IMG/VR virus record: IMGVR_UViG_3300027996_003878
Direction: 5' to 3' (one strand)
DNA length: 64,000 nucleotides
Source: a virus
Lineage: Duplodnaviria > Caudoviricetes
Below the pieces are notes generated by a model. The model was given only the letters and a program-made list of their open reading frames with translations, was not told the origin of the DNA and did not search any database. Positions 18,101-25,123 of this stretch are shown one piece after another. The number at the start of each line of letters is the position of its first letter. Position 1 is the first letter of the stretch. The translations under genes were made by a program, and so were the position numbers.

Positions 18101-18724
18101 AAACTCACTTTCAACCGTAGCAACCTGACCACAGTCAAAACAAATTGCCTTGCCTACAGCGGTACCCATAGAGACTGACGCAGCATAACCGGTAGAAACT
18201 TTACGCGCCAAATCAGGATAATTCTTTTTGTCCAGAGCGCACAGCGCAATCACTCGCTTATTGGGATAATCATAATAGGTGTCAACAATAACACCACGAA
18301 TCATATCCACAGAGCTAGACTTATGATCCAAACAAAGAGGCTTACCAACCCACTTCTTGTGAGCCTTTATAAGCTCCTCTTCAGGAAAGATATCTGAATT
18401 ACTATTACGATAAGGCTTAATATTTGAATCGCTACAAACCCATCTCCATGAGCCATTGTCTTTTTTCCACTCTACAGTAACGTCGTTTCCAGTGGCATCT
18501 TTTTTTAGATTTGAATTGTCATCTAAAAGAGAGGCTTCTGCGGCATGCATCATAATTGCTGAAAAATACAAAAAATCATCAGCTTTTGGAGCTATAGTCT
18601 TTAACTCTGCCGCGACTTTTTTAAACCGCTCCAAAATAGAAGAATCAGACATCATGCTAACTGCTGACTGAATATTAGCAGTCGTAATTACTGTTGCTTC
18701 ACCTAACTTAATAATAGTTGACAT
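15125..18724 (-). CDS. Prohead maturation protease fused to a long acidic scaffold (1199 aa)
   Basis: N-terminal HK97/assemblin-type signature: GKPLCLDH (His), SVSMG (Ser), PIELSIVVSGADP, with a CxxC..C.H insert. About 940 aa of acidic coiled coil follow. Located between portal and MCP. Confidence 0.8.
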   Translation of the reverse strand: MSTIIKLGEATVITTANIQSAVSMMSDSSILERFKKVAAELKTIAPKADDFLYFSAIMMHAAEASLLDDNSNLKKDATGNDVTVEWKKDNGSWRWVCSDSNIKPYRNSNSDIFPEEELIKAHKKWVGKPLCLDHKSSSVDMIRGVIVDTYYDYPNKRVIALCALDKKNYPDLARKVSTGYAASVSMGTAVGKAICFDCGQVATVESEFCNHMRGKTTYGEINVDLNPIELSIVVSGADPRAKIRHIVAAANSIAQYIDSKEAFLKSAHEDSDLEAEEKDAEGSEDALLGALRDTLLSMRDGVHAFEGLLEEERPKKKDLRDLLEGFDDAYHKLDEASDKLSALQAEEYKERAEEAEQAEAEEKAEQDDSSDTCELEQLQENEDDKECKLQEDELNNSGNKIASLSNRDSKYFKISSAINSLLTNLNELKQDFGKLYTSEENNMTNKKAYFQGGGGVNEPTPGRPRYEPMGDAEAIRDTEDKQMTGLGDGTGPVDGLHPGDAEKKRELQRMAEQERRALRRQAALERAKNNLAKKEAYYQGGGGPNEPQVYPKEPFDRDEDRQMNGSGPFPEVGDTDGLYTGDLEKKEKLLRAKLSAKFVKAASADGTDNPSASCWQVFADDKLILTATVAELAGNKADVLYDSIATKQFGRKILSTIRTSGFAKAAALFKGAQPAEEMPEAELAMPEAGLEGEMEMAPEEVPEQPAAEAPEMAEEAPTPEAAIDELEGADPAKLLPDLVEQAKGLLDDIDEAVEALEEEKEGEEAEDEMAQLAELSPATASLVNMKQKLGTALIVGMKQAQADLKEHFEELSLASHIYANKAKLSATDTEYVNGLVSDAVADTKKTFADCYKLMDSFVKYAKGTAALEKKAQDAGAELAKVLTEDQKPLPPSPFDKVQTEEEEEKTKEVFESDDMTHDHGMMHDHGMMHDGDHDDVNDFDLEKLVMDAVKSELSTMASDEPDLTTKEGRALYRAKLAQEGLHYSDMLDKAHPEGGTTVELDMPAEGNLARVEDLKEQHAAMKEVAQAPPRIRKMAEDIQKLVLAGRIDPANDFPALISQGLDEAAVAYWKDYLSQAKDGGKEFADELLKEYDAKKVAEEKETYKVKISRAYELAYDMVRRGMLNNDRSAVNEQVSEIMKWNDEGFNSMKRWAERQPMQKSASIPQVGMIGTGEVVLPAPEAEKSDLVAELERAFANKRY
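15937..15972. repeat. Exact 18-bp tandem duplication encoding (DHGMMH)x2
   Basis: catgcatcatgccgtggt x2 within the scaffold gene. Confidence 0.9.
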
Positions 18725-18725
18725 A

Positions 18726-18890
18726 TTAATTCACCAAATCTTTACTAGATTCAATTTTATTACCATCTTTATTAGTATTTTTGATAACTTGACGCTCTGC
18801 CTCAGAGCCCTCTTTCAGAGGATTTTCCTCTGAGCCCTCCTCGGCATCAATAATATCTAATATTTCAACTTTTCCTCTTTTTATAATCAT
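18726..18890 (-). CDS. Small hypothetical protein (54 aa)
   Basis: Hand-translated MIIKRGKVEILDIIDAEEGSEENPLKEGSEAERQVIKNTNKDGNKIESSKDLVN. ATGA overlap with the upstream stop; ends 1 nt before the protease ATG. Confidence 0.6.
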   Translation of the reverse strand: MIIKRGKVEILDIIDAEEGSEENPLKEGSEAERQVIKNTNKDGNKIESSKDLVN

Positions 18891-19633
18891 GGTAAAATGT
18901 CTCCAACAGTTATGGGGGCACTTGAAGGCTCCCAGGGCTTATGCTTATCTGGCTGCCAAACCCTGGCAGTATCACTAGGGTTTAAAGGTTGATTTCCTTT
19001 GGTTATTTGAGGTGCTGCATTTTGTTCAACATTTTCAGAACGTTGCCTATAAAGCTGAACAATATAAGGCTCATCATTATTAACACTTACTTCATCAACG
19101 TCATCAGACCAACTTTTAGACAATATCTCATTACTTATATGAGCAATAGCCCTGTCTGTTATTACGTCCCTAGTTAAAGATATTTGTTTTATTAAATTTT
19201 TCGCACCAATAATTGCGCCTGACTTAAAATTTTCATTCTTTATATCGCCCAAATTATCTTTCAACATTAAGAAGCTTTTTTCCAAAGAGCCCACACTGTC
19301 ATTTGCCGCAGCGATTAACTCACTGATATTTTGATCTGGCAAAAAATTATTTAAATCTACAATAGCACTCATAGCTTGAGCTTTTAATTTATCTAGAACA
19401 GACTCTAGATATTTTGAATAATCATTTATCACGGTTCTTTTTTTCTGCACAACCTGCTCAGGAAAGACATCTACACTTTCAAATGCATCTATTAGAATAT
19501 GCAACTTACTAGCAAAAACGTCTAAAAGATTAGCTGCATCATTAAATGTTTCAATTGCCTTTGTTGCTATCTTTCTTTCATTATCAGTAACTGAGAAAGA
19601 AAGATCTATCATATTTGATATTTTTTTAAGCAT
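18887..19633 (-). CDS. Hypothetical helical head-region protein
   Basis: 248 aa, co-oriented ORF. Confidence 0.75.
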   Translation of the reverse strand: MLKKISNMIDLSFSVTDNERKIATKAIETFNDAANLLDVFASKLHILIDAFESVDVFPEQVVQKKRTVINDYSKYLESVLDKLKAQAMSAIVDLNNFLPDQNISELIAAANDSVGSLEKSFLMLKDNLGDIKNENFKSGAIIGAKNLIKQISLTRDVITDRAIAHISNEILSKSWSDDVDEVSVNNDEPYIVQLYRQRSENVEQNAAPQITKGNQPLNPSDTARVWQPDKHKPWEPSSAPITVGDILP

Positions 19634-19684
19634 AACTATAAAATATAACTTTTATTATAATCACTATGAATGTTTAAATATTCA

Positions 19685-20488
19685 CTAAAATTGCACCCAA
19701 CCGCCGGTCTCAACCGGCCCGACGCCTCGAACTCCAGAATAATTATCATATCCACCAACCGCTGGCACTGTATGTACAGTATCCCCTTCACTTTGATAGC
19801 TTTTCAATATCTGTCTTAGTATTTCTTTCCTATACTTCAACTCCTTATGCTTTCTATCTCTACCCTTTTCATCTACAGGGTAATAAGGAGTCTGATGATA
19901 AAAATCAGTATACGGAGCCCACGACTGCCTGGGGGAATAAAAGGGAGGGACGCTCTCTAAACCAAACATGTCATAAAGCTGAAATCCAACATCTATATCT
20001 TGAACTTCATTTACATCACTTTTATGTGCATTCTGTATTAAGTCGCAATAAAAGCTCTCTGTATCTTCCTTAATTTTATCTCCAAATTGAAAGCCAAGCG
20101 CTTCTCGAATTGCATCCTCTGGCTTCCAATCACTATACTTAACTCTAAATAATGCCACTGCCAACCCGGCCCTATCACTGCCGTGCAAGCAATGAATATA
20201 AGTAGGAGTATTATCCAATAATAATGAAACTATATTTTTATTCAAAAAATCGGTAAAATATGTATTATTTGTTTCCCCACCGCTAAGAGGAATTACTACA
20301 TGCTCCATTCCTAATTTATTTACAATTGGAGCTATCAAAGATGCAATATTTCTATCTAAACTAATAATGCGATTTATTTTCTTTGACATCGCAATCAAAT
20401 CCTTTGCTGAAGGCGCTCCGCCCCTATAAATATCTTTGATTACTTTTTTAAATCGAGCTGGCATATCACAAACTTTCAACAATTCCAT
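19685..20488 (-). CDS. Cys-based (PTP/dual-specificity family) phosphatase (probable start about 20464)
   Basis: IYRGGAP and HCLHGSDRAG (C-x5-R active-site loop); non-catalytic C-terminal extension. Confidence 0.8.
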   Translation of the reverse strand: MELLKVCDMPARFKKVIKDIYRGGAPSAKDLIAMSKKINRIISLDRNIASLIAPIVNKLGMEHVVIPLSGGETNNTYFTDFLNKNIVSLLLDNTPTYIHCLHGSDRAGLAVALFRVKYSDWKPEDAIREALGFQFGDKIKEDTESFYCDLIQNAHKSDVNEVQDIDVGFQLYDMFGLESVPPFYSPRQSWAPYTDFYHQTPYYPVDEKGRDRKHKELKYRKEILRQILKSYQSEGDTVHTVPAVGGYDNYSGVRGVGPVETGGWVQF

Positions 20489-21176
20489 CTAAAACCTCTC
20501 TAATATAAAGAGGCTCATGACCATTTAATATGGTTTTAATAAAAGTAATAGATTGCCCTAACGAAGCTGATGCAGGGGTTTTCTTTTGAGAAATTTCAAA
20601 CTCATTTAATTGGCTTATTTTCTGCTTTAGGCCTTGTAAAGATTTCTGTCTGTTTTCAATAGATATTCTACTTGTTAGAAATTTAACAATATCAGCAATG
20701 GCCTTCCCAGCAGATCTAGGCTCACCCATTTCAATCACACTAGCGCTTATCTTTAAAAGCCTATCCGGGATAGCAACCTCAGACTTTTTTATGGTATAAT
20801 TAACACAATACATAGCAGCAATTAACGCTGCGCCCTCGGGGTTTTTAATATTCGAATCACAAGCCCTATCAAAAACCTCTTTGAACTTCTTCATAAAAGG
20901 CTTAACTTTATCTTTATGATTCTTGTTTAGATCCCTCATGATTTTTGAATAAGAAAACTCTAAGTCATCATGCTCTTCTGATTCTTTTACCAAGCAGCGA
21001 AAGCTTTTGAGCGCTTTTTTTCTCCCTTTTGCCATATGCTTAAATACTTCAACCTGACGCAAGCGCTCTTCAGCCTCAGCCTTTGTGTCATATGTGCCAA
21101 GGTTCCTATGTTTTTTTGAGAGCACCCGATATTTTCCATCAGGCAAGCGCTTAATATAAGAATTTTTATTTAACAT
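20466..21176 (-). CDS. Hypothetical head-region protein with a small N-terminal basic module
   Basis: YIKRLPDGKYRVLSKKHRNLGTYDTKAEAEERLRQVEVFKH N-terminus; 236 aa. Confidence 0.75.
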   Translation of the reverse strand: MLNKNSYIKRLPDGKYRVLSKKHRNLGTYDTKAEAEERLRQVEVFKHMAKGRKKALKSFRCLVKESEEHDDLEFSYSKIMRDLNKNHKDKVKPFMKKFKEVFDRACDSNIKNPEGAALIAAMYCVNYTIKKSEVAIPDRLLKISASVIEMGEPRSAGKAIADIVKFLTSRISIENRQKSLQGLKQKISQLNEFEISQKKTPASASLGQSITFIKTILNGHEPLYIREVLDGIVESL

Positions 21177-21498
21177 TTCGTAATTTCATTCGCTTGCTAG
21201 AGCTATTAAAAACATTAAATGTTCTAATGCCGCTAGAATTAACTTCAATTACAGTCTTTATAGACCAACAATTTATAAAGACTAAATTTTTTCTTTTACC
21301 GTAAGTACACTCTAAAACTAGAGCATCACCATGAACATCTTTTACAATTCCACATACAACGCTCTTATCATTTTCATCAGATTCAGAATACTTGTATGAA
21401 GAGTCAGTGTCCCCACAATAAACTTCAACCTGCTTACCCTCTAAATACGCAAGTATCGCAGCCCCAAATAGCGAATCATAATCTTTTGTTGAATTCAT
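21166..21498 (-). CDS. Hypothetical protein, possibly Sm/Hfq-like fold
   Basis: LEGKQVEVY...GIVKDVHGDALVLE...VFINCWSIKTV resembles the Sm1/Sm2 pattern. Confidence 0.6.
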   Translation of the reverse strand: MNSTKDYDSLFGAAILAYLEGKQVEVYCGDTDSSYKYSESDENDKSVVCGIVKDVHGDALVLECTYGKRKNLVFINCWSIKTVIEVNSSGIRTFNVFNSSSKRMKLRNVK

Positions 21499-21501
21499 AA
21501 T

Positions 21502-23712
21502 TTACTCTTTACATTTTCCTAAATTAAGCGCCAGTGTGAACTTTCGATGGTTCTTCATCAAAGATTCTGCGCTCATTTTTTTTAATGGGACGCTTATCTC
21601 AGGATCTTTGAATACATTAGCTCTCACAAGTGGATGATGGCTAAGCGTTGATTCCATTGAATTTGAAACCATATTACATATCACAGCAATTCCCCTTACT
21701 AGCTCAAACTGCTCTTTGTCAGAATAAACTCTCAGCTCAACATCGCTCTGATCAAAGCCCTCCGACTTAAATATAGAAACTTTAATGCCTGCAAATTTAC
21801 GCAAAATATTTGCAGTTACTCTTGCATATTCTATTTTATCAGCTAGACTTGCATTTTCAGAGGACAACGCAATTAAATAAGAGTCTAGATTTAATTTTTT
21901 ATAGTCAAAATCAAAATTAGAGCTAGCTGATAACAATTTACTAATTGCAGAATCAAGCTCGATGCTATTGACCGGCGCTTCATCTTCTTTATCTAGAACT
22001 TGTTGAGGCGACTGCCTAGCCTTTTTCTTTTCCTCAGCGGAATATTCCGAAGACCAATTTTTAACTGAAAGATGTGGCACATGCTTTTGTGTTTCCAGCT
22101 TGAGATTTAAATGCTCAATTTTTGGAGCTATGTTATTAAAAAAATAAGCATACCTTCCAGTAAGGCCCTTTGCATAGTTTTTAATATTAGCGGTGTAATA
22201 CCCGCCAAGGCCCAAAGATACAGCTGCACTGCTAGGATCGCCTGCTTCAAAGTAGGCCAAGCTTGACTTGTATCTATCCCTACCTAACAGCTTCCAATAA
22301 TGCATCGCCCCCTCTTCAGGAGTTGCGTATGCTCTCCAACGATCTCCAGGAACTTCGAATGGCTTTCCTTCAGGAGTTTTTTCGTAAGCCTTGCTTCTAT
22401 AATAATCACCGCCACTGCTAATCCAGCCTGGCGTTGCCTTTATTCTTCCAATCGCATTATTAGGTAGTACAACCCGGTTGCCGCGTGAGCCATTTTCAAG
22501 CTCGCCTTGAGAATAACCGCCTGCTAATGCCTGTAAAGATGGCTTTTGTCCAAAAGCCATCTCATATCCTTTTGCCAAAATTTCAGCAAACTCTTCTTGG
22601 CTTACTGTTTTATTTTTGTCGTAAGGAACCTCTTTACCCGCAGCATATTTTAATAAATCTCTAAACCTATCGCTAGCATTGACGGTAGCGCCTTTATCCT
22701 CATCGATTATACTTTCCTCTTCTATTGGCTCTTCAAAAGAAGGTTCCTTTGTTTTTTCTAAGAATTGAAAGTCCTCAATATCAGATCTAGCAACAGATAC
22801 CTGGCCTGACTTAGATAAACCTAACGCCTCTGTCTTATCTCTAAGCTTTACCTTTAGTTTAAACCTTAACTTATAGTCATCATAATCTAATTCGATTGGT
22901 TGAGATAAAATTGTCACCAACAAAGAGCCAGGAACAGGCTTTTCGTCCTTTTTCATGAACGTTACTGGCTGTAGCGCCTCTATCTTAATTAAATTACCCT
23001 TAATTATTGCATCGCGTATTGCGTTTACACTATCATTATCAAGATGTTCAATTTTGTAAGGAGCCGGTATGGACTTTTGTATTTGACGTATAAGCGCAGC
23101 TTTATTTGCCTGTGTAAACTTTACTTTTGTAGGCGAATTATAGCTATCTTTAAAGTAAGAGATCTGATCAAGGGGAATATCATAAGATTGATTTATTTTT
23201 AAAAAATTACCAGAAAACTCAAACCCTGGAATGCTTTCTAATGTTTCTTGAGCCTTTTCAGCTGTATTCTGCTCGTCCTTAACTTTAACAGGAACTTTAA
23301 CAGGCGGTTTTTTTGCGGTATATGTAAACGGAACAGAGCTAGGGGCGTCATCAATGTTATCAATAACACTTTCTCCCAATTCTTTCTTTATATCTTCAGC
23401 CTCCGCCGCTGCTTCGCTCAATTCACCTGAAAGTCTTTTAACTTCGCTTAATGCAAAATCATATCCAGCAAGATTACCAGAATCAATATACTTCAATAAT
23501 TGTTTAGTTGCCTTATCCAGCTCTTTTATAATCTTCTCAGTTTTTACTGTCTTGACATTAAGCCTTCTTAAGTCAAATCTAAATTCAGGATCTGTTATCC
23601 AGTTCCATGCCTTTGACAAACTATCAACAATGTCTGCAACTTTAACAACATCATGAGAATCAGCCGCATAAAGCTTTAAAGTATATTTTCTAATATCTGA
23701 CACTTTAGGCAC
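21502..23712 (-). CDS. Putative virion protein with a GH73-like glucosaminidase/muramidase domain
   Basis: SQGELENG (catalytic Glu position), WRAYATPEEGAMHYWKLL and GGYYTA match the FlgJ/GH73 pattern; 736 aa. Confidence 0.7.
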   Translation of the reverse strand: MPKVSDIRKYTLKLYAADSHDVVKVADIVDSLSKAWNWITDPEFRFDLRRLNVKTVKTEKIIKELDKATKQLLKYIDSGNLAGYDFALSEVKRLSGELSEAAAEAEDIKKELGESVIDNIDDAPSSVPFTYTAKKPPVKVPVKVKDEQNTAEKAQETLESIPGFEFSGNFLKINQSYDIPLDQISYFKDSYNSPTKVKFTQANKAALIRQIQKSIPAPYKIEHLDNDSVNAIRDAIIKGNLIKIEALQPVTFMKKDEKPVPGSLLVTILSQPIELDYDDYKLRFKLKVKLRDKTEALGLSKSGQVSVARSDIEDFQFLEKTKEPSFEEPIEEESIIDEDKGATVNASDRFRDLLKYAAGKEVPYDKNKTVSQEEFAEILAKGYEMAFGQKPSLQALAGGYSQGELENGSRGNRVVLPNNAIGRIKATPGWISSGGDYYRSKAYEKTPEGKPFEVPGDRWRAYATPEEGAMHYWKLLGRDRYKSSLAYFEAGDPSSAAVSLGLGGYYTANIKNYAKGLTGRYAYFFNNIAPKIEHLNLKLETQKHVPHLSVKNWSSEYSAEEKKKARQSPQQVLDKEDEAPVNSIELDSAISKLLSASSNFDFDYKKLNLDSYLIALSSENASLADKIEYARVTANILRKFAGIKVSIFKSEGFDQSDVELRVYSDKEQFELVRGIAVICNMVSNSMESTLSHHPLVRANVFKDPEISVPLKKMSAESLMKNHRKFTLALNLGKCKE

Positions 23713-25030
23713 CCAAGAGTCCTTCTGCTATAGCAATTAGCTTTAAACTTGCGACTAAATCTTGATCTTCTATCTGACCAGCTCGCTCTAAAAGCCGCGA
23801 AGCTAGAGCGCGAGATTCACTGCCGTCCGCTATCTTATTTAATCTATAAAACAGACCAGCCGTTGCACTTTCCAAGCCTTCTCCAGCAACAAGAGGCTCT
23901 TTTTTCTCTTCCTTTTCTTCTACCTCTTCCTCTTCAACCAAAATCTCTCCCTCAGAAGACTCTTCATCCACCTTAAACTCACCAGCTGGCGCTATAGAAA
24001 GCTCCTCAGCGCTAGGAGGCGATTCCACCAAAATGGGGACGGGCGGCGGTGGAGGTATAACCGGAAGAGGCTCCGCCTCAATCCTTTCAACTTCTTCCTT
24101 TTGCCTTTGAATTTCTTTTTGCTTTGCCTCTTCGATCTTTTTTTGAGCCTCAGCTTCTGCCCGAGCCTTTTCTTCGGCTTTAGCTTTTTCTTTTCTAGCA
24201 GCCTCTTCAGCCTTCGCTCTCTCTTCTCTAGCAAGCGCCTCAGCTCTAGCCTTCTCCGCTCTAGCCGCCTCTTCAGCTTTAGCCCTCTGCTCTTCCAGTT
24301 GACGCTGGCGCTGCATCTCTATACGAAGCTCTTCCTGCCTTCTCTCTTCTAAAAGATTTTCAACATCTGTTTTCAAATAAGCATCATAAGTTTTGCCCAA
24401 CTGATTCTGAAAATCTTTTTGTTTTTTAGATATCTGGTCTAGTGTATTAACATAATCATATACATCACCACGAGAGCGCGCTTTTCCTAACTCATCCGAG
24501 AGTGCCTGTAATTGTTTTGTAGATACATCCAAAAGCCCCAACAACTGCCTTATAGCAAGTCTTTTTTCTGCCTCATATTTTCTATCTAATTTACGTACAA
24601 GGTACTCTTGCTTCTTTGACTCCCACCAGTCACGCAGCCCGGCCTGCTTTCCCAACCCTTCAAAGATCTGCTTGTCAAACTCCTCAGACACTTCTTTGGT
24701 ACCAATTTCTCGCAATAAATCTTTCCTTAAAGACTTAACCTTGTCACCGCTTGACTGAATCAAATTTAAATTGTTATTTATTTTTGCGAGCAAAATAGCT
24801 ACATCCATGTACCTATTGGCTTTAAAGGCACGCCTAGCTTTTTTTGCCAGCTCTTCTAAATCATTAACCCAATTATCAATATTATCATCAACTTCTCTTA
24901 GCTGAGTCATCAACTCTCGGTAAGCTGGAGAAAATCGCTCAGAAAAAGCCCGACCCCAACCGCTAGGAGTAAGCTTTTCTCTCCACCATGTACCCCTACG
25001 AGCTGCTATTATAAAAATATCTCGATTCAT
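23705..25030 (-). CDS. Coiled-coil head-region protein with TolA-like KAEEAAR repeats and a Pro-rich stretch
   Basis: 441 aa. KAEEAARAEKARAEALAREERAKAEEAARKEKAKAEEKARAE; PVIPPPPPVP. Confidence 0.75.
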   Translation of the reverse strand: MNRDIFIIAARRGTWWREKLTPSGWGRAFSERFSPAYRELMTQLREVDDNIDNWVNDLEELAKKARRAFKANRYMDVAILLAKINNNLNLIQSSGDKVKSLRKDLLREIGTKEVSEEFDKQIFEGLGKQAGLRDWWESKKQEYLVRKLDRKYEAEKRLAIRQLLGLLDVSTKQLQALSDELGKARSRGDVYDYVNTLDQISKKQKDFQNQLGKTYDAYLKTDVENLLEERRQEELRIEMQRQRQLEEQRAKAEEAARAEKARAEALAREERAKAEEAARKEKAKAEEKARAEAEAQKKIEEAKQKEIQRQKEEVERIEAEPLPVIPPPPPVPILVESPPSAEELSIAPAGEFKVDEESSEGEILVEEEEVEEKEEKKEPLVAGEGLESATAGLFYRLNKIADGSESRALASRLLERAGQIEDQDLVASLKLIAIAEGLLGA

Positions 25031-25123
25031 TATAAAACCTTTATATAGAAGTAATCAATAGTTATACTTCAATATACATAACAACTAATTGTTATGGCTT
25101 CTATAATTCAAAATAACATTTAT

